Position numbers and translations under genes: made by a program. A stretch of DNA of 63,412 nt, the filler included. It is 7 parts of 7 records of this genome, joined end to end, with 100 filler letters (N's around TTAATTAATTAA, not from the genome) between each part and the next. Parts side by side here need not be neighbours in the genome. Positions count along the whole stretch, not along the records: positions 36,758 to 50,754 come from DRR723986_7360; 6 more parts are not named here. One strand, 5' to 3'. Below the pieces are notes generated by a model. It ran no database searches. It was given only the letters and a program-made list of their open reading frames with translations, and was not told the DNA's origin. Shown here in pieces: positions 39,204 through 49,482 of this stretch (position 1 is its first letter; each line of letters begins with the position of its first letter).

Positions 39204-40174
39204 GCAGGTTTGCCTCGTAACACAGCCGTCATCTGCGCCAGAATGGATACCGCGATTTCGGATGGCCCCGCCGCGCCGATATCCAACCCAATCGGGCCAT
39301 GAATACGGGCGATCTGAGCAGCGTTAAATCCCGCCTCTTGCATGCGATCGACCCGTTTGGCGTGGGTGCGCGTGGACCCCAACGCCCCGATATAAAACAC
39401 ATCTGCGTCAAGGGCTGCTTGCAACGCCGGATCATCCAATTTCGGGTCATGTGTCAACAAGACCAGCGCTGTGCGAGGATCCAGCCCCAGCTTTGCCACC
39501 GCCTCATCCGGCCAATCGGTCAGTATCCGTTCCCCCGGAAACCGCTGATCCGAGGCAAACGCCTCGCGCGGGTCGACCAGGATCGGGTCATACCCTGCAA
39601 TCCGTGCCATCGGGATCAACGCCTGCGCAATATGCACTGCACCAATCACGATCAACCGCAGCGGCGGGTTGTGCACCGCAACAAAGGTCGCGCCGTCTTC
39701 TTCGAAACCGGACCGATCCATCCGCATCCGATCCGGATAGGCCTCGGGCGCTTTCAGCTCACGGTGGCCGGTTTCAACGTTGACCTCGTAGATCACCCCG
39801 GTTCGTTTTGCGCGTGCAGCCACCAGACCGGCCAACATCGCCTCGCTCATCGCTTTGCCAATCGGTTCGACCAAGATGCGAATGGTGCCGCCGCAGGCCA
39901 GACCCACCGCAAAGGCATCATCGTCACTGACGCCGAATTCAAGCAACCGCGCCTCTCCGTCTTCCAGCGCATCCATCGCCTCGACGATCACTGCCCCTTC
40001 GACGCATCCACCTGACACGGAACCCTCAATTCGGCCATCTCCGCCAATCACCAGTTGTGCACCAACCCGGCGCGGCGCACTGCCCCATGTTTGCACAACA
40101 GTCGCCAACGCCGCCCCAACGCCCTTGCGGTGCCAAGCCAGTGCCGTCTCGGGGCTGTTGTCAAATCGGTCCAT
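39200..40174 (-). CDS. xdhC: XdhC/CoxF-family Moco sulfuration and insertion chaperone
   Basis: TWGSAPR, GSVSGGCVE, GLACGG, THDPKLDD, YIGALGS, GPIGLDI. Confidence 0.93.
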   Translation of the reverse strand: MDRFDNSPETALAWHRKGVGAALATVVQTWGSAPRRVGAQLVIGGDGRIEGSVSGGCVEGAVIVEAMDALEDGEARLLEFGVSDDDAFAVGLACGGTIRILVEPIGKAMSEAMLAGLVAARAKRTGVIYEVNVETGHRELKAPEAYPDRMRMDRSGFEEDGATFVAVHNPPLRLIVIGAVHIAQALIPMARIAGYDPILVDPREAFASDQRFPGERILTDWPDEAVAKLGLDPRTALVLLTHDPKLDDPALQAALDADVFYIGALGSTRTHAKRVDRMQEAGFNAAQIARIHGPIGLDIGAAGPSEIAVSILAQMTAVLRGKPA

Positions 40175-40320
40175 GCCAGTCCTCCCACAAGGGTCACTCA
40201 AAACAAAAATGTCCGCCACAACATAGTTGCTTGGCGGACAAAGGAAAGCGGCCCGGTGAAGAACACGAAATCACCGGACCGCAAGTGTGGGATCGAGAGG
40301 CAGAGCATCCGACCCCACCA

Positions 40321-40348
40321 AAGGGCCCCGGTTCGGGCCGGGTCCCCT
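40321..40348 (-). terminator. Hairpin downstream of the YeeE/YedE pair
   Basis: Minus strand GGGACCCGG-CCCGAA-CCGGGGCCC-TTT. Confidence 0.5.
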
Positions 40349-40937
40349 ATTCTGCGGGCTGCGCCTGTGCTGGCGTGCCGACAAACCGCTCTGGCAGGGC
40401 AAAGGCAACGGCGATGAAGCCAAGGCCCAAAACCAAGCCCAGAATATCACCCGAGATGGTGGTCAGACCCTCATATTTGGCTCCTGGAACGGTGCCGAGT
40501 GTGACCTTGCCACCCGCGATTTTGTCCAGCAGCGCTGATGCCTTCCAGCTGGGATAAGTGACCATATAGGCCGCCGCGCCCAACAGACCACCTGCGATGA
40601 AAAAAAGCGCATCCTTGCGACCTGTCGCCGCCGCAACAACACCTGTGCCGGGGCAAAAGCCAGACAGGGCCCAACCGGCGCCTAACAACAAACCACCCAA
40701 AAACACGCCAGCATAAGCGGTTTTAACCGACATATGGCCCACATCGACAAGCCCCAGCATCTGTCCGCCAAACATCAGAACCGATCCGACACCGATGGCT
40801 AGCAGGATAGATTTCGCAAGGTTCAGATTGGTCAAATTCAACATCGCGTTGATATACGATGGGTTCGAGGCTCCGACCCGATCCAGCACTGCGCCAAATG
40901 CAACGCCGATCACGATTGCCAACAGAATAACAGTCAT
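40347..40937 (-). CDS. YeeE/YedE-family sulfur transporter (GFCPG type)
   Basis: Multi-TM; LLGAGWALSGFCPGT motif. Confidence 0.88.
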   Translation of the reverse strand: MTVILLAIVIGVAFGAVLDRVGASNPSYINAMLNLTNLNLAKSILLAIGVGSVLMFGGQMLGLVDVGHMSVKTAYAGVFLGGLLLGAGWALSGFCPGTGVVAAATGRKDALFFIAGGLLGAAAYMVTYPSWKASALLDKIAGGKVTLGTVPGAKYEGLTTISGDILGLVLGLGFIAVAFALPERFVGTPAQAQPAE

Positions 40938-40940
40938 GGC

Positions 40941-41492
40941 TCAGACCTCCTTTTTAAACAACATCAGAGAAACGGGAACAGCGGCAGCAAAGGCCCCGGC
41001 CGCAAAAATGTAACCACTCAGCGCGGTTTGCATCATCCCCGACATCATGTGACCCGATGTGCAGCCCCCCGCTAGGCGCGCGCCATAAAGCACAATAAAG
41101 CCTCCCAGAAACGTCGCCGCATAGCGTTTCATCTGGTTGTCCCCAAAGTTTACACGCCACAGGGCCGGCATGATCCGTTCAGATGCGCTCAGACCACCGC
41201 GTGCCATCGCGGACAGAAACCCGCCCACCATCATCGCAACAACAAAAACAAAGCTATAATTCAACGGGTTCGAGACCGCCTTGGCGTATTTGCCATTTGA
41301 TTTCGCAAGATACGCATTGGTCGATGTGTACCCATCGTCGGTTTGTGTCACCAAATTCGGCGAGATGGCGTCTGCCACGATCCCATCCAAAATAACAAAT
41401 TGAGTCGAGACTCCGATCGGCTTGACCAGCAATACAGCAGCAAAGAACACCAGTCCCAGCAGCAGCCCCCCGGTTTTCCAGTTCAACGGCAT
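40941..41492 (-). CDS. YeeE/YedE-family sulfur transporter (GGCTSGH type)
   Basis: Multi-TM; GARLAGGCTSGH motif. Confidence 0.88.
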   Translation of the reverse strand: MPLNWKTGGLLLGLVFFAAVLLVKPIGVSTQFVILDGIVADAISPNLVTQTDDGYTSTNAYLAKSNGKYAKAVSNPLNYSFVFVVAMMVGGFLSAMARGGLSASERIMPALWRVNFGDNQMKRYAATFLGGFIVLYGARLAGGCTSGHMMSGMMQTALSGYIFAAGAFAAAVPVSLMLFKKEV

Positions 41493-41514
41493 GTGATTCC
41501 CCTTCGCACGTTAC

Positions 41515-41555
41515 ATTCAAACGAGAGAATACGTATCACATTCCATTTTCAGAAT
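41515..41555. promoter_or_regulatory. Two tandem ATTC-N8-GAAT sites (SqrR/BigR-type persulfide-sensor operators)
   Basis: ATTCAAACGAGAGAAT (41515-41530) and ATTCCATTTTCAGAAT (41540-41555), both exact, immediately upstream of the YeeE/YedE genes. Confidence 0.78.
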
Positions 41556-41614
41556 GATTTAGATCAAACTCAGACTACGGATCTCAATGCAGCGTCACAG
41601 GGCCGAACGCGGCT

Positions 41615-42877
41615 TCAGCTGGAAATCAACGCCATCAAGCGCGCCTTTTCACCCACATCATCCGTGCGCGAGATCACTTGTGCCAGCTCTTCCAGTGATG
41701 CGATCGAATGCCCAGCGCGAAAGCTATCAACATGCGGCAACATCGCCATGATGCCGCGTGCCTTGGGGGCGAACCCGTCCCAACGCAACAGCGGGTTCAG
41801 CCAGATCAGACGACGAGCCGATAGATGCAAACGCTCCATTTCACGGCCCAGCGCATCGGGGTCATCCCGATCCAACCCATCCGTGATCAGCAATACAACT
41901 GCGCCCTGCCCCATGACCCGGCGCGACCAGTCCCGATTGAAGGCATGCAAACATTCGCCAATGCGTGTGCCACCTTCCCAATCCTGCGCCTCGGCCCCCG
42001 CAGCGGCCAGCGATGCATCCACGTCCCGATGATCAAGATGGCGGGTGATGTTCGTTAACCGCGTCCCAAAGGTAAAGGCATGCACCTTGGCCCATCCCGC
42101 CCCCTTGGCGTTGCTGACCGCGTGCAGGAAATGCAAAATGATACGGCTATATTGGCTCATTGAACCCGAGATATCGCAAAGCACCACAAGATTGGGCCAT
42201 CTCGGTTTGGGCGTCAGGCGGGCGATGTCATGAATTTCACCGCCTTGACGCATCGAACTGCGTAATGTGCGTCGCCAATCAATCCGGTGCCCCCGCAAAC
42301 TGGCCTGCCCACGTCGCGAAGGGATCGGCTTGACCGGCAACGACAGCCGCGCCAGCATCCGCTTGGCCTGTGCCACTTCGGCGGTGCTCATCTGTTCGAA
42401 ATCCAGACTGCGCAGCTTTTCTTCCCGCGACATGGTGAGCGAGGCATTTACCTCGATCTCAGTGCCCTCTTCCTCGTCTTGTTCAGGGGGGTGTGGCACA
42501 TCGCGATTGGCTCCATCCAACAAAGCCTCGGCGGCGCGCTTTTCCGCTGACTGCGCGTTGCGCTCTTCCTGAACCCCACGCACAGCGGGCAGCATCGCCG
42601 CCATCATATGTTCCAGGTATCGCGGGTCCCGCCAATACAGCCGAAAGATCTGACTAAAGACAGCGCGGTGCTCGGGCCGGGTCACGAAACAGGCGTGCAG
42701 GGTCCAATAGAAATCGCGTTTCTCGGTGAACCCGGCCACCTCAACCGCATGCACCGCATCAATCACCCGTCCTGGACCAATGGGCAATCCAGCCTTGCGC
42801 AGGGCGCGCGCAAAATGAGTGATGTTCTGCGCCAGCTTTGGCGCGTCTGGAATTTCAAGCGGCAGCTGTTCAGCCAT
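41615..42877 (-). CDS. coxE: CoxE-like VWA-domain protein
   Basis: LCDISGSM (MIDAS), FTFGTRL, WEGGTRIG, ITDGLDR, WLNPL. Confidence 0.92.
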   Translation of the reverse strand: MAEQLPLEIPDAPKLAQNITHFARALRKAGLPIGPGRVIDAVHAVEVAGFTEKRDFYWTLHACFVTRPEHRAVFSQIFRLYWRDPRYLEHMMAAMLPAVRGVQEERNAQSAEKRAAEALLDGANRDVPHPPEQDEEEGTEIEVNASLTMSREEKLRSLDFEQMSTAEVAQAKRMLARLSLPVKPIPSRRGQASLRGHRIDWRRTLRSSMRQGGEIHDIARLTPKPRWPNLVVLCDISGSMSQYSRIILHFLHAVSNAKGAGWAKVHAFTFGTRLTNITRHLDHRDVDASLAAAGAEAQDWEGGTRIGECLHAFNRDWSRRVMGQGAVVLLITDGLDRDDPDALGREMERLHLSARRLIWLNPLLRWDGFAPKARGIMAMLPHVDSFRAGHSIASLEELAQVISRTDDVGEKARLMALISS

Positions 42878-42910
42878 GGCGCTTGGCCCCCTTTACGAAC
42901 CTATCGACCC

Positions 42911-43819
42911 TCACGCGGGAACAAGCGTGGCTTTGGCCTGATCCAGCAGGCGCTTGGCCTCAGAGCCCTGCAATTTCTGAATATCGTCCTGATATTTCAA
43001 AATGGCGCCCAACGTATCTGCGATGACCTCGGGACTTAGATTGATCACATCCAACGCCAACAGGCACTTGGCCCAATCAATCGTTTCTGCAACCCCCGGC
43101 TTTTTGAACAGATCCTCGGTGCGCAGCTTCTGCACAAAAGCAACGATCTCACGGCTCAGGTTTTCCGCCGCCTCTGGGGCACGCGCGTGCAGGATTTCCA
43201 GTTCGCGATCAAAATCAGGATAATCCACCCAGTGATACAGGCATCTGCGTTTCAGCGCGTCATGCACCTCGCGGGTTCGGTTCGAGGTCAAAATCACAAT
43301 CGGCGGTTCGGGCGCTTTGATCGTTCCCAGTTCAGGGATCGTGACCTGAAAATCGCTCAATGCTTCTAACAGGAACGCTTCAAAGGGTTCGTCTGTCCGA
43401 TCCAACTCATCAATCAACAGAACCGGCGCGCCATTTTCATCTGGGCGCATCGCCTCGAGCAAGGGGCGTTCCACCAAAAACTCATCTGAGAACAGTTCGG
43501 TTTGCAACGCCGCCCGATCAGCGCCCCCTGACGCCTCGGCCGTGCGGATCGCTACCATCTGCGCGGGAAAGTTCCACTCATAGACCGCTGATGACGCATC
43601 CAGACCCTCGTAACACTGCAACCGGATCAAGCGACGCCCCAATGCCGCGCTCAGCGCCTTGGCGATTTCCGTCTTTCCGACACCGGCCTCTCCCTCTAGA
43701 AACAGAGGGCGTCCCAGTTTCAGGGACAGAAAAACCACTGTCGCCAGCGCCCGCCCACAGACATAGCCCTGCGCGGTCAACATGGCCTGCGTGTCGTCAA
43801 TCGTTGTTGGGTTTTGCAT
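42911..43819 (-). CDS. coxD: CoxD-like MoxR AAA+ ATPase
   Basis: [40 protein letters not shown]. Confidence 0.93.
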   Translation of the reverse strand: MQNPTTIDDTQAMLTAQGYVCGRALATVVFLSLKLGRPLFLEGEAGVGKTEIAKALSAALGRRLIRLQCYEGLDASSAVYEWNFPAQMVAIRTAEASGGADRAALQTELFSDEFLVERPLLEAMRPDENGAPVLLIDELDRTDEPFEAFLLEALSDFQVTIPELGTIKAPEPPIVILTSNRTREVHDALKRRCLYHWVDYPDFDRELEILHARAPEAAENLSREIVAFVQKLRTEDLFKKPGVAETIDWAKCLLALDVINLSPEVIADTLGAILKYQDDIQKLQGSEAKRLLDQAKATLVPA

Positions 43820-44058
43820 GCTCGGTCTCCTCGACCTCTAACAGGCCCCAGACACAAGGCCGCGTCAACCGCCAACAAACCGTTCCGTTCCGGCAACATA
43901 TCTCCTGCTGTCACACCCGCGTTATCTTAGCGCAATGTTGACGGATTCAGCCCAAAATGTCATGACTTTGGAAACAAACAGAGCGCAGGCAAATACGCTC
44001 GACAGAGGCGGACACCAGTGAAACGTACAGGTAACAGATACCCCACGTGGGGGAAAAC

Positions 44059-45102
44059 ATGCGGATAACGGCAGTAACCTGCATCAAGAACGAAGGGCCA
44101 TTCCTGTTGGAGTGGATCGCCTTCAACCGATTGATCGGCGTGACCGATTTCCTGTTTTATTCAAACGATTGTTCCGACGCGAGCGACCGATTGCTGGACG
44201 CGTTGGCCGACCGTGGCATCGTGCAGCACCTGCCCAACCCCGCCGAGGGGCGCAATTACCAGATGGAGGCCCTCAAAGACTCCCGGCAACAGGACGTGGT
44301 TTTGAACGCTGATTGGGTTTGGGTTGCCGATGTTGATGAATTCCTAAACATCCATGTGGGTGACCACACCATCCCTGCGTTGATCGACGCCTGTGGCAAC
44401 CCACAAACGATCAGCTTATCGTTTCAGTTCTTTGCCAACGACGGGATCGAAACATTTCAAGATCGCCCGGTCATCGAACAATTCACCCGCTCGCATAATC
44501 CCGACCTTTGGGGCGGTGAAAGCGCGATTGAAGTCAAATCACTGGTCCGGCACGATTTCCCATTGCAATACTACGGCGCCCACCGGCCCTTCTTTCGCTC
44601 GAAACTGCCCCCGAAAAAACGACCCAGCTGGACCGATGGCGCCGGCCGCGATGTACCACACCGGTTTCTGGTCGCTGCAAACCCCCGCCGCATTCGCAAG
44701 TTCCCGTCTCGGGGGGCACGCGAATTCGCCACACTCAACCACTACGCCCTGCGTAGCCTCGACAGCTATCTGGTAAAAAATGACCGGGGCGATGTGAACC
44801 GTGAACACCGAGCTTTTGATGACAGCTACTGGCGCGACCGGAACGACCCCGCTTGGCAGGATCTTAGCATTCATCGCTATCTGCCGGGATTGGAACGTGA
44901 ATTGCAGGCGTTGAAATCCGACCCTGAGGTTGCCGCCCTTCACGAGGAAGCCGTCGCACTACACCGTGCGAAACGTGATGAACTTCTGGCCCAGCCCGCT
45001 TATCAAGAGATGCGCGATCACCTGCGGGCAACCTCAACCCTGCCCCCGGCAGAAGAGGCGCTTTTACAAAAACTCGGTCTTATGTCCGAGGTACCGGCAT
45101 GA
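44059..45102 (+). CDS. GT-A fold glycosyltransferase (Glyco_tranf_2_4-like), paralogue 1
   Basis: KNEGPFLLEW, SNDCSD, DVDEF, LNHYALRS. Confidence 0.85.
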   Translation: MRITAVTCIKNEGPFLLEWIAFNRLIGVTDFLFYSNDCSDASDRLLDALADRGIVQHLPNPAEGRNYQMEALKDSRQQDVVLNADWVWVADVDEFLNIHVGDHTIPALIDACGNPQTISLSFQFFANDGIETFQDRPVIEQFTRSHNPDLWGGESAIEVKSLVRHDFPLQYYGAHRPFFRSKLPPKKRPSWTDGAGRDVPHRFLVAANPRRIRKFPSRGAREFATLNHYALRSLDSYLVKNDRGDVNREHRAFDDSYWRDRNDPAWQDLSIHRYLPGLERELQALKSDPEVAALHEEAVALHRAKRDELLAQPAYQEMRDHLRATSTLPPAEEALLQKLGLMSEVPA

Positions 45103-45797
45103 GCCGATTGCGCGTAGTAAATCTGGGCCTGCCGAAATCAGGTACGACAACCTTGGGCAAGGCGCTCAAAAAATCGGGCCTGAAGGTTGCGGATTGGCGC
45201 ATTCGTCGGCTGCAATCCGCAGATCCGGATGTGGCACGCCGCTATCTGGGCGACCTCATGTACACGGATTACTTCGCCCACGGCGACCCGTTGCATCGTC
45301 TGGATGATTTCGACGCTTTCACCGAAATCAGCGTGGTCCGCTATGGTCAGAACCACTGGCCCCAAATGGACTGGGGCTTGCTTAGCGCCATCATCCGCCA
45401 CCACCCCGGCACCAAATTCCTCTACAGTCATCGTGATGCGGCTAAATTGGTTGAAAGTATGCAGCGTTGGACCAATCTGGGCAGCAAGCGACTGCCGGAA
45501 TTTGGCATTCCCGGTCTGCCCGCCGGGTATGGATCCAAATCCGAGGAACTGATCCGTTGGGTTGAGGGACATCAAGCCTTTTGTCGTCAGGTCTTTGCCG
45601 GAAGTAGCAATTTTTTGGAATACGATATTATGGATCCAGAGGCCCCCAAACACATTGGCAAATTCCTTGGCATGAAAATTCAATGGTGGGGCACTGCCAA
45701 CCCCAATCGGGACTATTTGCTGGAACCAGACGCCCCAATGACGGACACAAAAATGGCACCCACTGACATTCTGGGTGCCGAAGAGCAGGCAAGCTAA
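45099..45797 (+). CDS. Sulfotransferase-family protein
   Basis: N-terminal PAPS-binding loop VVNLGLPKSGTTTL; ATGA coupling to the upstream GT. Confidence 0.78.
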   Translation: MSRLRVVNLGLPKSGTTTLGKALKKSGLKVADWRIRRLQSADPDVARRYLGDLMYTDYFAHGDPLHRLDDFDAFTEISVVRYGQNHWPQMDWGLLSAIIRHHPGTKFLYSHRDAAKLVESMQRWTNLGSKRLPEFGIPGLPAGYGSKSEELIRWVEGHQAFCRQVFAGSSNFLEYDIMDPEAPKHIGKFLGMKIQWWGTANPNRDYLLEPDAPMTDTKMAPTDILGAEEQAS

Positions 45798-48232
45798 TGC
45801 GTATTTTTCTTCATATCGGCCCCGAGGCCGCTGGCGCAAACCGCCTGCAGGACATTCTGAACACCAAACGGGAACAGCTGAAAAGCAAGGGGATACTCTT
45901 CCCGCGCAGCCCCGGTGGGCGCAACCACACCCGTCTGTTCATGGCCATCACCGATTCCGATCATATCGATCCGTTGCGGTTCAACCGTGGGTTCGCGGTA
46001 TCGGACAATCAATGCGACTTGCTCGCAGATGTGGAACAAGGCCTTGCCCGCGAGATCGAACAGCACAGCCCCGACACGCTGATCCTGTCTGCGGCACAGC
46101 TCAGCACCTCTTTGTATCGGCCCTCAGAAATCACGCGACTGCATCAGCTGCTGTCCAAGTTTTCGCAAGACATCACGGTTGTTGCGTTCATTGATGATCC
46201 TGCACGCCTGATGATGACCCATTACGGCGATCAGGTGATCGAGGGGCGCGCCACCCCGTTGGATCAAGAGCTGGATTTATGCGCTGCCTCCAGTTGGTGG
46301 CAGGCCGCGATCGACACCATGCCGGCAATTGACCCAATGGCGGGTGTGTTTGAAGAAACCCAGGGCCCCGCGTTCTGGCTTGATTTCCCCGCCCTGCAAC
46401 GCATGTGGGAAAACGTGTTTGGCACAGGCAGTCTGCGGTTTCTACGCTATGATCAAGACCTATTTGACAGCCGCGAAGCGGTGGATGCAATCGCCCGTGC
46501 CTTTGACATTCCGTTCAATATTGGCCGCGCAGAGGAGGCCACGCCCGAGATCCCACCCTCTGCCGCGTCTTTGGCACGGGGACGTCAGTTCAACGAACTG
46601 CTGCTACGGTTTCTAAAGCTCAAAAACAAACATGTGCCGCGCCAGCTGTGGCGTGGATTGCAAGCGGAACTGCAGATCAACGGACCCCGCCCTGACCCCA
46701 CTATGCTGGGAGCCCTGTCCAAACGGTTCGAGGCGGCGAACAGCGCGCTGATGCTAGATCATCCAACGCTGGACGAAGACATTGTCCCCAGCGGCCCAGC
46801 CCAACCTTGGGTCGAAGCGGATCCCGATCGCGGATTTCGCGCATCGCAATATCTGCTGTCCGCCTTGTTCCGTATTCAAAAAGCCACCAAAGAAAAAGGC
46901 GAGGAGCGCCGCGCTGAACTTTCGGAACACCCCGCTCCTGCCGCGCAACCGGCCCCCACGCCGCGGACCAAGGTCGCGACATCCCCCCAATCGACCCCGA
47001 CACCGCCCGAACCGGCGCCCGTCACAACCGCCGAACCCTTTGATCGCCTCACAGCCAGCGCGCGCGCTTCGATGCCGCCCCAAGCCCTGCCTAATCTGGA
47101 AAAGCTCAAAACCTCTTCTTTTGCACCACACAATCGCCTTGGCGCGGTGGACGAAGAACAGCTTGCCGCCGCCTATACCCCGATTGTCCCACGCGACCTA
47201 CCGAAAGGTAATTCGGGCAATGTCATTGTCGGCTGCATGAAAAACGAAGCCCCCTATATCACCGAATGGGTGGCCTATCATCGGGCGATGGGGGTCGATA
47301 ACTTTCTGATCTACACCAACGATTGTTCCGACGGCACCACCGAGATTCTGGACCGTTTGCAGGACCTTGGCGTGCTCCAACATCGCAACAATGATGAATG
47401 GAAAGGCAACTCGCCCCAGCAATACGCGCTCAACCAAGCCCTCAAAGAGCCGGTGATCAAAAACGCCGAATGGATCATCCACATCGATGTCGATGAATTC
47501 ATCAACGTGCGAACCGGCAACGGCACCTTGCAGGACTTTCTGGCCGAGGTTCCTGATGCAACCAACGTTGCAATGACCTGGCGGTTGTTTGGTCACAACG
47601 GCGTCACCCATCTGTCGGATGAGCTGGTGATCGACCAATTCGACACCTGTGCCCCTAAATTCTGCCCCAAGCCGCACACGGTCTGGGGGTTCAAGACCAT
47701 GTTCAAAAACATCGGCGCCTATGAGAAAATCAGCTGCCATCGGCCCAATAAACTGGACGATGCGCACCGCTCACAAGTGCAGTGGGTCAACGGGTCGGGA
47801 AAAGACATGACCAAAGAAGCCGCCGACAAAGGCTGGCGCAGCTCCAAGAAATCCATCGGCTATGACCTTATTCAGCTCAATCACTATGCACTGCGCAGCG
47901 CGGAAAGCTATCTGATCAAGCGCCAGCGGGGCCGGGCCTTGCACGTCGATCGCTCCATTGGGTTGAACTACTGGATCCGTATGGATTGGTCTGATTTCCG
48001 CGATGTCACCATCAAACGTAACCTACCCCGGCTGCGTGCAGAATACGACCGCCTGATGCAGGATGACACCCTGCGCGCGTGGCATCAAAAAGGATTGGAG
48101 TGGCATTTGGCCAAGGCCGAGGAGCTGCACAAGAACCCCGAATTTGAGGACCTGTACCAACAGGCGCTGACCCTGAAGATGACCGAAACAGAGCGCGTCG
48201 CCTATGCACTGGCGCTGGATTTGGAAACCTGA
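45797..48232 (+). CDS. Fusion of a degenerate sulfotransferase-like domain, Pro/Thr linker and GT-A glycosyltransferase (paralogue 2)
   Basis: N-term IFLHIGPEAAGANRLQ; C-term KNEAPYITEW, TNDCSD, DVDEF, LNHYALRS; TAATG coupling. Confidence 0.82.
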   Translation: MRIFLHIGPEAAGANRLQDILNTKREQLKSKGILFPRSPGGRNHTRLFMAITDSDHIDPLRFNRGFAVSDNQCDLLADVEQGLAREIEQHSPDTLILSAAQLSTSLYRPSEITRLHQLLSKFSQDITVVAFIDDPARLMMTHYGDQVIEGRATPLDQELDLCAASSWWQAAIDTMPAIDPMAGVFEETQGPAFWLDFPALQRMWENVFGTGSLRFLRYDQDLFDSREAVDAIARAFDIPFNIGRAEEATPEIPPSAASLARGRQFNELLLRFLKLKNKHVPRQLWRGLQAELQINGPRPDPTMLGALSKRFEAANSALMLDHPTLDEDIVPSGPAQPWVEADPDRGFRASQYLLSALFRIQKATKEKGEERRAELSEHPAPAAQPAPTPRTKVATSPQSTPTPPEPAPVTTAEPFDRLTASARASMPPQALPNLEKLKTSSFAPHNRLGAVDEEQLAAAYTPIVPRDLPKGNSGNVIVGCMKNEAPYITEWVAYHRAMGVDNFLIYTNDCSDGTTEILDRLQDLGVLQHRNNDEWKGNSPQQYALNQALKEPVIKNAEWIIHIDVDEFINVRTGNGTLQDFLAEVPDATNVAMTWRLFGHNGVTHLSDELVIDQFDTCAPKFCPKPHTVWGFKTMFKNIGAYEKISCHRPNKLDDAHRSQVQWVNGSGKDMTKEAADKGWRSSKKSIGYDLIQLNHYALRSAESYLIKRQRGRALHVDRSIGLNYWIRMDWSDFRDVTIKRNLPRLRAEYDRLMQDDTLRAWHQKGLEWHLAKAEELHKNPEFEDLYQQALTLKMTETERVAYALALDLET

Positions 48233-48315
48233 GACAGTGATGCAACTCCCGCTCTCCTTTCCGGGTGTCGCCAGATCATGGCAACGACCCAGCTTTGCAA
48301 TAAGGTCTCGCTGAC

Positions 48316-49395
48316 ATGCGCTTTCTTGCTGTTCTGACCGTCCGCAACGAGGCAGCCTTTCTGCTCGAATGGTTAGCACACCATCAGGCTGTCGGTTTCA
48401 CCGACTTTCTGGTGTTGTCCAATGACTGTCAGGATGGCACCGACAAGATGCTGGATCACTTGCAAGAATTGGGGCAACTGACCCACCTGCGCAATGACGG
48501 CCCTTACGACAAGGCGGGCATTCAGTTTACCGGCCTCAAGATGGCATCCAAACACCGGCTCGCCCGTCAGGCCGACTGGATCCTGCCGTTGGACATCGAC
48601 GAATTCGTGAACATTCGCACCGGGGATGGCACCCTACCCGATTTGTTGGCCGCTCTGCCCGATGCCAGTGCTATCACGCTAACGTGGCGCCTGTTTGGCA
48701 ATGGCGAAACGGTGCGCTATGCGGATACGCCAGTCACGGAAACATTCACCAAATGTGCCCCGCGTGTGATGCACTGGCCGTGGCGCGCTTCGATGTTCAA
48801 ATCGTTTTACCGCAACGATGGGGCCTATCGAAAGCTGGGCGTCCACCGACCACGTTCGCCCAATCCAGACCAAGTTGACCAAACGCGCTGGTTTGATGGA
48901 AATGGCCGCGAATTGGGCGAGGCGTTTCGAACCAAACGGATCTTTTCCAACTATGGCCGCGACAATTACGAGTTGGTGCAACTCAACCACTACCCGCTCG
49001 GCGCGATGGAAAGTTACGTGCTCAAGGCCGATCGTGGACGTGCCGTGCATTCAGACCACATGCTGGGGGTCGATTATTGGGTCGAACGGAATTTCAACAC
49101 TGATATCGACACCTCTATCGCGCGCTACGCCGCCCAAAGCGCCGCCTTGCGCGCTCAGCTTTTATCCGATGCAACACTGGCCCGATTACACGACCGCGCG
49201 GTGCAGTGGCGCAAATCGCGGTTTCAAAAGCTGATGGAACAGGAACCCTTTCGCGCCTTGTTTGCGCGCCTGATGATGACCCCGCCATCGCGGCTGGTGA
49301 ATGCGCAATCCGCCCGTACCTTGACCGGGTTTGCCAATATCGGGCGCATGAAAGCCAATCAAGACAGCGATAAAAACGACCCGAAACCGACCTGA
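48316..49395 (+). CDS. GT-A fold glycosyltransferase (Glyco_tranf_2_4-like), paralogue 3
   Basis: RNEAAFLLEW, SNDCQD, DIDEF, LNHY. Confidence 0.85.
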   Translation: MRFLAVLTVRNEAAFLLEWLAHHQAVGFTDFLVLSNDCQDGTDKMLDHLQELGQLTHLRNDGPYDKAGIQFTGLKMASKHRLARQADWILPLDIDEFVNIRTGDGTLPDLLAALPDASAITLTWRLFGNGETVRYADTPVTETFTKCAPRVMHWPWRASMFKSFYRNDGAYRKLGVHRPRSPNPDQVDQTRWFDGNGRELGEAFRTKRIFSNYGRDNYELVQLNHYPLGAMESYVLKADRGRAVHSDHMLGVDYWVERNFNTDIDTSIARYAAQSAALRAQLLSDATLARLHDRAVQWRKSRFQKLMEQEPFRALFARLMMTPPSRLVNAQSARTLTGFANIGRMKANQDSDKNDPKPT

Positions 49396-49482
49396 GTTTT
49401 GCCCAATTTGGCCTTAATTCGCATCTAAACATGGTTCTCATAACCAGCCCGAAAAGCGGTTGGAGTTCTGAGGACCAGTGCA

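Noticed and set aside
2549-43819. Functional link between tungstate uptake and the cox/Moco cluster
   Set aside because: They are on different contigs separated by linkers; common origin cannot be shown from this window
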